From contig JAZSGZ010000013.1 of the NCBI GenBank assembly GCA_045532945.1, positions 41,900 to 105,899 of the forward strand: a stretch of 64,000 nt of DNA, in the 5' to 3' direction. The notes under the pieces are model-generated. The model did not search any database. It was not told the origin of the DNA and saw only the letters and a list, made by a program, of their open reading frames with translations. A program made the position numbers and the translations under genes. Position 1 is the first letter of the stretch; every line of letters begins with the position of its first letter. This DNA is from Acutalibacteraceae bacterium. GTDB lineage: Bacteria > Bacillota > Clostridia > Oscillospirales > Acutalibacteraceae. This document shows, piece after piece, positions 46,005-55,226 of this stretch.

Positions 46005-48275
46005 ATGTTAGAATTAAAAGTTTTTATTGCATCTTCAGGAGAATTATCAGAAGAAAGAGAAGTTCTAAAAACATTTATTAATACTGAAAGTGATTTTTAT
46101 CATGATTTTGGTCTTTATATAAAACCAATTATGTGGGAATTGGAGTCAAAAAAATTTGCGGAAGGAAGAAAACAAGAAGAGTATAACGAATTGCTAAGAA
46201 ATTGTGATATAGCAATTTTTATGTTTGGCACAAAAGTAGGTAATTATACTAAGGAAGAATTTAATGTTGCTGTAAAGAACAAACGAAAAAATAATATACC
46301 AAAATATATTTTCACCTATTTTAAAGAGGGTAAAATATCATCTGGAAAACTTTCCAAAGAAGATATAGTAAACCTACGAGCTGTTTTTGATTTCAAAAAA
46401 CAAATAGCCAACAATCATAAACAAGTTTATGATTTCTTTTATAATATTGATGATTTACGACTGAAAATTGGTCGCGAAATAAATAAAATAGTTCTTCCAT
46501 TAATTGTTGATAAAAAGAATACTATTCAAATTGGTAAATCCCAGGAATTTATTGATTTGTACAATAGTATAGAGCCAGCATTCCAGACAATATATAAAAA
46601 CACCATAATTGATTCTGCAATAAATCAATTATACTTACTACGGAGATACAATATAAAACCTAAACTCAGTCAATTAAGCGAAGAAGAATTTTATGTATTG
46701 TGTAACACAATAATTGATAGTACACAAAGAGGTTCGGAGATTAAAGCTCTTTCTATGATGTTGAAGTGCGAATGGAACAACTCTAATCACGAAAAAAGTT
46801 TTTGGAAGTCAAATGCTGATGCCGTATCTAGACAAGCAATGTTGGAAAGAATATTTATAGTAAAAAGAGATGAAGCACACCGGATAAAAAACATCCCACA
46901 AATACTTCAACATATCGAAAATGATAGTGAATATTTAAAACCTTATGTAGTTGAAAAAGAGTATCTCCAAGAAAACAATCCTGAACTTCTTAAAAGAGCA
47001 CAGGAGGGCTTTATATTAATAAATGATCAGACTAATAGAGTTGCTCTTTTAGATAACGATCCACAGAGTGGTATGCGTGGAACACCAATTTTTGATAATG
47101 AGGAACTTAACAATTTAGAAAATATTTTTAACGATATAAAAAATATTGCTGTTCCTTTAAATGAATACCTGAAAGAAATAAAATTATCTCATTACAAAAA
47201 AGAAATGTTCTCTGTATTTGTTACCACTGAATGCAATTTGAACTGTGATTATTGTTTTACTAACAAATACTCTGATAATCATCAAAATCAAACTATAGAT
47301 TTTGATTTTGTCAAAAAGGGTATTGATGACTATTTTGCAACAGATTATTTGCGCCATATTAGATTTTTCGGTGCAGGAGAGCCTACAGTAAAACTAGAAC
47401 TAATAAAAAAAATATGTTCATATGCTGTTGATAAAGGCGGAGAAGCGGTAACCTTTGAAATACAAACCAACGGTGCTTTTAATGACAATACTGCGTATTG
47501 GCTTTCACAAAATATTGATGTAATATGGATCTCCTGTGATGGAACACCGGAGATGCAAGATTTACATAGGTTGTGTTTGGATAAAACAAAAAAATCATCT
47601 CAACTTATAGAAAAAAATATAAAGATCCTAAAAAAAAGCAAGAAGTGCTTCGTTGGAATAAGAGCAACAATAACAAACGAAAATATCAACAGGCAACTTG
47701 AAATGATTGATTATTTTTATAGCTTAGGTATAACCGAAATATGGGTAGATCCACTATTTCCTTCTGTTGCAGAAACAATTGAAAAAGTTGATTTTGATAA
47801 TATGCATTTTGCTAAAAAATTTCTTGAAGCATCTAGATATGCCAATGACAAAGGAATATTTTATGGCAGTATAATGACATGTAATTTTGGTGATTCTGTA
47901 ACCAAACACTGTAGAGCATGCATTCCGGTACCTCATTTAACAACGGATGGTTATGTATCTGCTTGTGATATGGCATTATTTGGAGAAGACAAAAATCATA
48001 TGAGCGATTTTATATACGGTAGATGGAATTCTAATACAAAAGAAATAGAATATGATCAAGCAAAAATAAAAAAACTGCAGTCACGTAGTACTGAAAATAT
48101 GAATCATTGTAACGATTGCCCATCTAAAGATCATTGCGGAGGTTATTGTTTGGGGGAAGTACTTAACGAGACAAAAGATTTATTTGGAAGAAAAAAAGGC
48201 GTTTGCGAAGCAATAAAATATTTAGATAAAAATATGGAAAATAGACTTCGAAACTATAAACATACACATCCTTAA
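46005..48275 (+). CDS. three-part fusion: DUF4062/TIR-like N-domain, unknown middle domain, radical SAM with full SPASM domain
   Basis: N-terminus KVFIASSGELSEEREVL. rSAM CNLNCDYC (Cx3Cx2C) and GAGEPT. SPASM GYVSAC ... CNDCPSKDHCGGYC (Cx2Cx5Cx3C). ATG 46005 follows GGTGGGGAG. Confidence 0.7.
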   Translation: MLELKVFIASSGELSEEREVLKTFINTESDFYHDFGLYIKPIMWELESKKFAEGRKQEEYNELLRNCDIAIFMFGTKVGNYTKEEFNVAVKNKRKNNIPKYIFTYFKEGKISSGKLSKEDIVNLRAVFDFKKQIANNHKQVYDFFYNIDDLRLKIGREINKIVLPLIVDKKNTIQIGKSQEFIDLYNSIEPAFQTIYKNTIIDSAINQLYLLRRYNIKPKLSQLSEEEFYVLCNTIIDSTQRGSEIKALSMMLKCEWNNSNHEKSFWKSNADAVSRQAMLERIFIVKRDEAHRIKNIPQILQHIENDSEYLKPYVVEKEYLQENNPELLKRAQEGFILINDQTNRVALLDNDPQSGMRGTPIFDNEELNNLENIFNDIKNIAVPLNEYLKEIKLSHYKKEMFSVFVTTECNLNCDYCFTNKYSDNHQNQTIDFDFVKKGIDDYFATDYLRHIRFFGAGEPTVKLELIKKICSYAVDKGGEAVTFEIQTNGAFNDNTAYWLSQNIDVIWISCDGTPEMQDLHRLCLDKTKKSSQLIEKNIKILKKSKKCFVGIRATITNENINRQLEMIDYFYSLGITEIWVDPLFPSVAETIEKVDFDNMHFAKKFLEASRYANDKGIFYGSIMTCNFGDSVTKHCRACIPVPHLTTDGYVSACDMALFGEDKNHMSDFIYGRWNSNTKEIEYDQAKIKKLQSRSTENMNHCNDCPSKDHCGGYCLGEVLNETKDLFGRKKGVCEAIKYLDKNMENRLRNYKHTHP

Positions 48276-48314
48276 AAATCTTCGTAAGTATATTAATAAA
48301 GTCAAGGAGTTTTC

Positions 48315-49106
48315 ATGAAAAAAGATAATACTTTTTGGATATATTGGAAAAGCAATGTATTGAAAAACAAAGATATTATTAGCCTCATGTTTTCAATATG
48401 TACGCTTATCCAGACTAGTATTTTGTATTGGATATATAACAAATACGGCCAATTCTTAGAACAATACCATAATATTTTTTATGCAGGAATAATTGTACTT
48501 TTCTTTGTAATGTTATTAAGTTTTTTAATACACATATGTACAGAGTCAATTGAAAAATCTGTTGATGAGTTTTCTAAAGCAGAGAAAATAAAATGTTGTA
48601 AAAGAGATTTGCTAACACCTACACCACAAGAATATCAAAAAGCAATGAAAATAATTTCACTAAATGAGATTGAAGACATAGAAAGCAACATCTCCAAAGA
48701 TGGAAAGATATGGGTGCTCACATCCAATGTTAACCTAGAAACAACAATTAGTACAATATCTCAAATTATATTAGATAATTTGAGTCGAAGCATTGAATAT
48801 AAGTATTTTATTCCTAACACACGAAATAATGCTGCAAAATTTCTCGAATTGCATGAAAAGTATAAAGAATATCCAACCTTTCAAATATTAAAAATCGACG
48901 AAAAATACAAATTGTTATTTGAGAATTTTGATGTCATTATTTATTATCCGAACAAGAATCACAAAGAAGGCAGAAAAGCTTTTATTTGCATTAAATTTTC
49001 AGATAATGAAAATGAAATCTTGTTTAGGCAACTTTCGGAGGAGGATACCGAAAACCTCGTTAGCCATTTAATAAGAATAGAAGTTGAGGAATCTTTAACA
49101 TGTTAA
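48315..49106 (+). CDS. membrane protein (2 TM) with cytoplasmic C-terminal domain; paralogue of the next gene
   Basis: Two N-terminal helices. C-terminal domain IWVLTSN...IEYKYFIP...FDVIIYYP...AFICI. Confidence 0.55.
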   Translation: MKKDNTFWIYWKSNVLKNKDIISLMFSICTLIQTSILYWIYNKYGQFLEQYHNIFYAGIIVLFFVMLLSFLIHICTESIEKSVDEFSKAEKIKCCKRDLLTPTPQEYQKAMKIISLNEIEDIESNISKDGKIWVLTSNVNLETTISTISQIILDNLSRSIEYKYFIPNTRNNAAKFLELHEKYKEYPTFQILKIDEKYKLLFENFDVIIYYPNKNHKEGRKAFICIKFSDNENEILFRQLSEEDTENLVSHLIRIEVEESLTC

Positions 49107-49867
49107 GGAATAGAATTAAAAAAATTTTTTATATATCATCATGCATAATAGCAATTCTTTCGTTTGCCATTAAAGTTATAATTGATAAAATTGGCTCAAC
49201 ATCGTTGAACATCTCTTCACATACTTATATTAAAATATTAGTGTTTTCTATTATCTTTACATTAATGGTGTATACTCTTCTAATATACTTTAAGTATAAT
49301 AATGATACTAGACGTAGTGCTTGCTCTTGCATTTATGATCCTAAATTTTTGTGCTGCTTTTTACATGCTAACCATCTCAAAGAATTTTATGGAGAAAATT
49401 CTAAAATATTTGATGATGTTGAATTAGCAGAAATTGAAATAAATGTGAAAACTAAAGAAATCTGGCTTTTATCTCCAGATTTTTCTTGTGAAGAAGGAAA
49501 TAATACTTTTGATTACGTTGTAAGTACAAGATTGAGAGAGGGAGTACATTACCGATTTGTTGCATTAGATACTCCGATTTCTAGAGAACGTGCAAGGAGA
49601 ATTTTCAAGAAATACAGTACCATAGTTACACGAAAGTATATTCATTTTTATTTAATAACTAGTGATGAATATTCATTATTTCTATCTCTATATTCTTTAG
49701 CAATTTATAATCCAACTAATATTGATACAGAAGCTTATGTATGTATTGGTGAAACAGGTAATAACGAAAACGCAATTTATGCAAAGCTTAACGAAAAACA
49801 CACGCAATTAGCTACCGAAACTGTTAGAGAACTACTCGAAAATAGTAAAGAAATTAAAATTATTTAG
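49100..49867 (+). CDS. membrane protein (2 TM) with cytoplasmic C-terminal domain; paralogue of the previous gene
   Basis: Overlaps the upstream gene by 7 nt. C-terminal domain IWLLSPD...VHYRFVAL...YSLAIYNP...AYVCI. Confidence 0.55.
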   Translation: MLRNRIKKIFYISSCIIAILSFAIKVIIDKIGSTSLNISSHTYIKILVFSIIFTLMVYTLLIYFKYNNDTRRSACSCIYDPKFLCCFLHANHLKEFYGENSKIFDDVELAEIEINVKTKEIWLLSPDFSCEEGNNTFDYVVSTRLREGVHYRFVALDTPISRERARRIFKKYSTIVTRKYIHFYLITSDEYSLFLSLYSLAIYNPTNIDTEAYVCIGETGNNENAIYAKLNEKHTQLATETVRELLENSKEIKII

Positions 49868-50089
49868 ATAGAATTATACACTAATGATACATATAACTTA
49901 TTAATAATTAGCAAAGTTGTGTTTTGCTTTTAAACCCGATAAAATGGACAGAACATTCATAACAACTTTTGCCGATAAGATAATAAATAAAGTTGATAAG
50001 CATTATTAACTTGCAAAATTGTCAATAGTTTTTATAACATGGTGCATAGAGTTTTTATGACAATCAATAAAATAATATTATACGGTGTC

Positions 50090-50214
50090 TTTTATTGATT
50101 TTTGTGCCAAAAGTGGTTGCGATAATTTAGAATGAAGACTTGTTAGGAACAAAAAGTCTTTTGTTTTATAATTAAAATTCATTTCTGAGGATGTTTATCT
50201 GTTAATTCGGGAGA
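50090..50214 (+). repeat. direct repeat, left copy
   Basis: Core ggatgtttatctgttaattcgggaga (50189-50214) matches 51935-51960 at 25/26 positions. Upstream blocks ttttattgatttttgtgcc and gttttataattaaaatt also recur at 51657 and 51901. Confidence 0.7.
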
Positions 50215-50347
50215 ATTATGAAATGGCATTTAGATGTACTGAGACTTCTTAAATATTGTTTTATTGATTGACCACATTGGAAAAGTATGTTATATTTTAT
50301 TCGAGTTGAGGTGATTTGTTATAGCAACCAAGAAAAAGCTTCCTAAT

Positions 50348-51604
50348 GTGGCACTAAGAGATTCGGATATTATAATAAATAGAATGGATCATCCGTCTTG
50401 TGTAACTGCATTCATTCGTTGTGTCAATCTTGCAATAAAGCGTAAGCGAAAAAGTTTGAATGTAATATGTAAGTGTGAAAGAAACAGTATTTTTCCAGAT
50501 GCATGTCTGCCAATTTCGGCACTTATTCAAAATTATAAAAAGTTTTATGATGTGGATTTCAATATAGTTATAAATGATAATATGTATTTGCAACAATGTC
50601 ATTTTGACTCTCCCATAGACCCAACATTAGAAGAATTAGAAAAATGCAGAAATCCCTTAAATAAAATATTTATGTATTCTTACAAGGAAGGTAATGCCGG
50701 ACAGGTTGGCAAGCTAGTTCAAGCATATATTGATTGTATCAGTAGAACAACACAATGCGAAGATGGTGTGCTTTCAGGATTAATTTGGTGTATCAATGAA
50801 GTTATGGACAATGTTTTGGTTCATAGCAAAGAAAATACCGGTTATATTATGGCACAATATCACAGAAAAAAGAAAATTCTTGCAATTTGTGTTTATGACT
50901 GCGGTATAGGTATTTTCGAATCGCTTTCTGAAAGCAAGCATAAACCCGCAACAGAAATTGATGCTCTCACTATGGCAATTCAAGAGGGCGTTGGTGATGG
51001 TAAAGGTCAGGGAAATGGACTTTATGGTTTGTATCAGATTGTTGATGAAAATGGTGGAAAATTGACAATTACTTCGGGTAAATCATCAATAATGCTGAGA
51101 AACGGAGCTTTAGAAAAATTCGATAATGGTGTTTTGGTCGCAGATAAACATGCAGGTACTATTGTTGATTTTCAACTTGATTTGTCAAAGAAAATTGATA
51201 TACAGTCAGCTTTAAAAAGTTTAGATGGTTTTGATGGCTTTGATATTCGTATAGACGATATGTGGCAAGACGACGATTGGTTAAAATATGATGTTTATAA
51301 GAATTGCAGCGGTACGGGAACAAGATTAGCAGGAAAAGAATTAAGAAATGATGTTCTCAATATTATGCGTAAAACAAATGCACCTATGATTTTAGACTTT
51401 TCTTCAGTTAAAGCATGTAGTTCATCATTCATTGATGAATTTATAGCAAAACTAATGGTTGAAATAGGTCCTTTAGAATTTAACAAGACTATAAAAATCA
51501 TCAACATGAATCAATTGGTTTCTCATTTGTGTGAACGTTCAATACTTATGCGTATGCATCAAAGTTGGCAAGAGATAATTGAAACTGACGAAGATGTAGA
51601 TTGA
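50348..51604 (+). CDS. GHKL (histidine-kinase-like) ATPase fused to a DUF4325/STAS-like domain
   Basis: N-box INEVMDNVLVHS. G1 box VYDCGIGI. G2 box GKGQGNGLYG. The C-terminus ILDFSSVKACSSSFIDEFIAKL is typical of DUF4325. Start uncertain: GTG 50348 or ATG 50384. Confidence 0.6.
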   Translation: MALRDSDIIINRMDHPSCVTAFIRCVNLAIKRKRKSLNVICKCERNSIFPDACLPISALIQNYKKFYDVDFNIVINDNMYLQQCHFDSPIDPTLEELEKCRNPLNKIFMYSYKEGNAGQVGKLVQAYIDCISRTTQCEDGVLSGLIWCINEVMDNVLVHSKENTGYIMAQYHRKKKILAICVYDCGIGIFESLSESKHKPATEIDALTMAIQEGVGDGKGQGNGLYGLYQIVDENGGKLTITSGKSSIMLRNGALEKFDNGVLVADKHAGTIVDFQLDLSKKIDIQSALKSLDGFDGFDIRIDDMWQDDDWLKYDVYKNCSGTGTRLAGKELRNDVLNIMRKTNAPMILDFSSVKACSSSFIDEFIAKLMVEIGPLEFNKTIKIINMNQLVSHLCERSILMRMHQSWQEIIETDEDVD

Positions 51605-51718
51605 TTTAATAAGAAAAAACACAATATGTTGTTCGTTTCCAAAAATTCTCGTGATTTTTTATTGATTTTTATGCAAAAAAAGTGTTTACTTTTTTACAAA
51701 AATGCATATAATAAAATA

Positions 51719-51893
51719 TAGAAATAACACATTTTGTGTGATTTCTATGCCTATGATATTCAACTTCAGTTGAGAGAATGTTGAATTAAGGCCCTCGTAT
51801 GGTTATGCATGAGCCGGTTCTCAACTATGTCTTTAAGACAAAAAATGCTATTATACAGAAATGAGGCTTTTCGGAAACGAAAAGCCTTTTTCT
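51719..51893 (+). ncRNA. candidate small RNA (promoter to terminator, no plausible ORF)
   Basis: Perfect TATAAT at 51707-51712. Internal hairpins at 51718-51746 and 51759-51787. Strong terminator at 51864-51900. The longest ORF inside is 8 codons. Confidence 0.3.
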
Positions 51894-51900
51894 GTGTTTT
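51864..51900 (+). terminator. rho-independent terminator
   Basis: 10-bp stem aggcttttcg / cgaaaagcct with a GAAA loop, followed by tttttctgtgtttt. Confidence 0.8.
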
Positions 51901-52143
51901 GTTTTAGATTAAATTGTATCAAAATGTTTGTTGGGGATGTTTACCTGTTAATTCGGGAGAGCGTTTGACTGGCAGTCAAGAGGTCTCGAACCCATAGTCC
52001 ATCTCGTGCGGTTCGCCTTGGCGGAGCACGAGGGACATAAAATCGGGGGAATTCGCTCATTCTCCGTCTTTATTGAAATACCTGTGCGTTTATGGTATAC
52101 TTTTATAAATAAATTACAACGCTGTATCTGTGAGGTATGTAAT

Positions 52144-53274
52144 ATGGGAATTTATGATATTGCCGCATTTGTCTGGCCGTCATATACAGGTGACGAGCCC
52201 CGTACACGTATTTTTTGGCCTGATGGCATTGGTGAATGGCAGACAGTGAAGGCTATGACCGATAAAGGATATGAGGGTTGCCGTTGGCCTCGTGTTCCTT
52301 TGTGGGGCTATGTAAATGAGGCGGATAGCTCCGTTATGGAAATGCAGATTGATTGTGCCGTTTCATACGGAGTAAATGTTTTTATTTATGACTGGTACTG
52401 GTATGATAACAGACCTTTTCTTGAAAATTGCCTTAACGACGGTTTTCTCAAGGCAAAAAACAACGAGAAAATGAAGTTCTGCCTTATGTGGGCAAACCAC
52501 GATGCAACACATTTATGGGATAAACGCAATTCGGACCGTGATTTATCAACAGTTATTTGGAGCGGAGTGGTGACACCGAAGATTTTTTCTGAGATATGCG
52601 ACAGAACTATAGAAAAATACTTTAAGAAGAAAAATTACTATTGTATCAACGGTTGTCCTGTTTATATGATTTTTGATATTGATAATTTTATTCGTTCATT
52701 CGGCACAAGTGACGAGTGTAAAAAGGGGATAGAGGAGTTTCGTCAAAAGACTATAGCCGCAGGCTTTAGGGGACTTTATTTTCAGGTTGTTCATTGGCGC
52801 AACCGTGTGTTCAACTGGCTTCGTGACGATGATTCACAAAAAGGTGCTGACTCTGCTCAGATGTACGATTATCTTGGCGTTGACTCGGTAACAAGCTACA
52901 ATTGGGGTTGCTCAACAGACTTTGACGGAAATTATACCGATGTTGCGGACAGATATATTGATGCGGTTACGGAGGAATCGCAGAGGCTTACTGTACCGTT
53001 TTATCCGAATATTTCCGTGGGCTGGGACAATAATGTGCGTTTCAATGATTTTGTTCCCGGTGTAGTGGTGAATAACACTCCCGAAAACTTCCGACTTGCC
53101 TGTGAGAAAATAAAAGGCTTTGCAGATGCTTCGATAAAAAACGGAGTTATGAAAGCCCCCTTTGTAACCGTAAACAGTTGGAATGAATGGACTGAAACAA
53201 GCTATCTTCAACCTGATGATCTTTACGGTTACGGTTACCTTGAAGCAATAAAAGATATTTTTGACGAGGGATAA
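52144..53274 (+). CDS. GH99-like / WbsX-like glycoside hydrolase family protein
   Basis: PLWGYVNEADSSVMEMQIDCAVSYGVNVFIYDWYWYDNRPFLE resembles the WbsX/GH99-like core. ATG 52144 follows GAGG. Confidence 0.5.
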   Translation: MGIYDIAAFVWPSYTGDEPRTRIFWPDGIGEWQTVKAMTDKGYEGCRWPRVPLWGYVNEADSSVMEMQIDCAVSYGVNVFIYDWYWYDNRPFLENCLNDGFLKAKNNEKMKFCLMWANHDATHLWDKRNSDRDLSTVIWSGVVTPKIFSEICDRTIEKYFKKKNYYCINGCPVYMIFDIDNFIRSFGTSDECKKGIEEFRQKTIAAGFRGLYFQVVHWRNRVFNWLRDDDSQKGADSAQMYDYLGVDSVTSYNWGCSTDFDGNYTDVADRYIDAVTEESQRLTVPFYPNISVGWDNNVRFNDFVPGVVVNNTPENFRLACEKIKGFADASIKNGVMKAPFVTVNSWNEWTETSYLQPDDLYGYGYLEAIKDIFDEG

Positions 53275-53276
53275 TT

Positions 53277-54086
53277 ATGAGTAAGTTTGAGTTGTTCAGT
53301 GACGTGTCCTACGGCACTCACGAAAGGCATAAATTTGATGTTTTTATACCCGAAGCTGTAAAAAACAAATCGGGCGCAATACTCTTTATTCACGGCGGCG
53401 GTTGGCATGATGGTGACAAAACAATTCATCACAAGGATTGTCGGTATTTCTGTGATTTGGGGTACATATGTGCTACAATGAACTATCGCTTTGTTACAGA
53501 TGAACTGACTGTTTTTGACGAGCTTGATGACATAACCTGTGCCGTTAAAAAGCTGAAAGAATTTTTGTCTGAAAAAGGTTATAATATTGAAAATCTGATT
53601 TTGTCCGGTGGGTCAGCAGGGGCGCACCTGTCACTTATGTATGCTTACACATGGGTAAACGAAGCTCCTGTAAACCTTGTTGCGGTGTGTGCTTACTGTC
53701 CGCCTGTTAACTGTGCAAAGCCCGATTTTCTTATGGGTCTTGCAGATGAGTTTGAGGAATGGAAAAACGGACTTATGTCACAATGCTGCGGATTTACAAT
53801 TACAAGAGAAACATTTATGAATGAAGCACAACAAAAAGCGCTTTATAACATTTCGCCCGAAAAATATCTATCACCCGATTGTATTCCCACAGCAATATTC
53901 TACGGAAAATCCGATGAGCTTATTCCCTCACCACACATAGAGGAATTTATACGACTCCTTAATGAAAATAACATAAAAAATGATGTTTTATTATATGAAA
54001 ACTCTGGTCACGCTCTCGACAAAGACCCCGAAACTGCCCAACGGGCAAGGGATATCATAGAAAATTATGCAAAAATGTATTTGTGA
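53277..54086 (+). CDS. alpha/beta hydrolase (esterase/lipase type)
   Basis: Oxyanion motif ILFIHGGGW. Nucleophile elbow GGSAGAH. C-terminal GHALD. Confidence 0.75.
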   Translation: MSKFELFSDVSYGTHERHKFDVFIPEAVKNKSGAILFIHGGGWHDGDKTIHHKDCRYFCDLGYICATMNYRFVTDELTVFDELDDITCAVKKLKEFLSEKGYNIENLILSGGSAGAHLSLMYAYTWVNEAPVNLVAVCAYCPPVNCAKPDFLMGLADEFEEWKNGLMSQCCGFTITRETFMNEAQQKALYNISPEKYLSPDCIPTAIFYGKSDELIPSPHIEEFIRLLNENNIKNDVLLYENSGHALDKDPETAQRARDIIENYAKMYL

Positions 54087-54200
54087 TAAGGCGATTTATG
54101 ATGAGCAAGTTTCTTGAGGATTTTTTGGAATACGTAAAGCAAAACAACAGCAAATGAACGAAAAACAAAAGCAGGGTTCGGATTGAACTCTGCTTTCGAT

Positions 54201-54626
54201 TTATATAGTTTTTCTCAATTTTTCATTCGTCTTTTTTACAGTGTGCTTTACACAGATGTAAACCGTTATCCACACAATCGCATAGATAGCAATGAAAATG
54301 CCTGTGAAAATGCCGAAAACCTTGAGGTTGAAGGGGATCCAGGTGTTGATAAGGTAGCAGATTGAATATGCTACATAGAGCACACCGAAGTGCCAGCCGA
54401 TGGATTTGTTGAGTCCCCATTCCTCTATCTGATTGAAAACGCTTGCACCTGCGTGCACGAATGCAAGCAGATAAACCGAAACAATACCAAGCAGTATTTC
54501 TGTTCCGTTGAAGGTGGTTTCGGGATGAACCTTCTCAACTATAAAGTATATTATGGCCAATATAATAGGCCCGAAACCACCAAACATCATGCCTCTTAAT
54601 AAAAATTCCTTCGCGTATCTGTTCAT
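54201..54626 (-). CDS. DUF3021 family membrane protein
   Basis: Four-TM 141-aa protein translationally coupled to a LytTR regulator, the usual DUF3021 partner. Confidence 0.6.
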   Translation of the reverse strand: MNRYAKEFLLRGMMFGGFGPIILAIIYFIVEKVHPETTFNGTEILLGIVSVYLLAFVHAGASVFNQIEEWGLNKSIGWHFGVLYVAYSICYLINTWIPFNLKVFGIFTGIFIAIYAIVWITVYICVKHTVKKTNEKLRKTI

Positions 54627-55066
54627 AATTTTACACCTAACCTTTCTTTTACTTTTTTCAGATTACGTCTTGAAATATAGTCGCGATATCCGTTCTTGAA
54701 AACTACGCAGATTGCCCCTGAAAACGTTGCCTGTAGCTTTTCAATACATCGCACGTTAGCAATACATGACTGATTTATCCTGATGAAGTTATCGTCGAGC
54801 ATATTCTCAATCTGATAAAGCCGTGATTTAACCCTGTATTTTTTATCGGTCAGCGCAAAGACTTTGTCGTTTTCACTTGTAAAGCAGTTTACGTTGAACA
54901 GATTTAATTTTACTGCTTCGTAATCTTTATAACCAATCAAATCCTGATTGTTTTCAGATACAAGTCTTTCAATTTCTGTAACAAGCTCGGTTTTCTCGTG
55001 AGTATAAATTAAAACCTCCTCGTCTTTTGATTTGTCTATGATTATTCTGATATTCGTTTTAACCAC
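54623..55066 (-). CDS. LytTR-domain DNA-binding protein
   Basis: 147 aa. LytTR-like C-terminal core FIRINQSCIANV... Confidence 0.65.
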   Translation of the reverse strand: MVKTNIRIIIDKSKDEEVLIYTHEKTELVTEIERLVSENNQDLIGYKDYEAVKLNLFNVNCFTSENDKVFALTDKKYRVKSRLYQIENMLDDNFIRINQSCIANVRCIEKLQATFSGAICVVFKNGYRDYISRRNLKKVKERLGVKL

Positions 55067-55174
55067 CTTGCTTTCCTGAGTGTTCCTCGTGATTTTATTT
55101 TATGTTGACTTTTCGGAAATTTCAAGGAATTCTCGGTGTTTGGTATATTTGGTTTGATAAGCGGTATTATTACA

Positions 55175-55222
55175 TTCGGAAAAGAAAAGCTGTCTGCTAC
55201 CTTGTGGGGCATCAGACAGCTT
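55175..55222 (-). terminator. rho-independent terminator of the sulfatase gene
   Basis: 10-bp stem aagctgtctg / cagacagctt, 5 nt after the stop, followed on the - strand by a T-rich tract. Confidence 0.75.
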
Positions 55223-55226
55223 GTGT

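Larger units (their letters stand above)
51657..51960 (+). repeat. direct repeat, right copy (interrupted by about 180 nt)
   Basis: Same block order as 50090-50214, with the sRNA-like insert at 51700-51895. Confidence 0.6.

Noticed and set aside
46005-48275. Interpreting the rSAM/SPASM protein as the anaerobic sulfatase-maturating enzyme for the sulfatase at 55227-56543
   Set aside because: It is 7 kb away in a compositionally different islet. It is fused to DUF4062 and an extra domain, and it is co-operonic with FRG and membrane proteins. The possibility is kept only as a refutation test for the defence-system hypothesis.
51961-52000. tRNA-like 3' fragment (tggcagtcaagaggtctcgaaccc, suggesting a - strand tRNA end and an island integration site)
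   Set aside because: I tried two registers on the reverse complement. The T-stem pairs poorly (at best 4/5 with a non-canonical loop). No matching 5' acceptor strand lies about 72 nt upstream, and no D or anticodon arm is present. At most this is a decayed remnant, so I am not calling a tRNA.
54183-54599. Overlapping ORFs 54183-54365 (+), 54223-54420 (-) and 54390-54599 (+)
   Set aside because: All overlap the four-TM DUF3021 gene (54201-54626, -), which is translationally coupled to its LytTR partner. The alternatives lack starts with an RBS.
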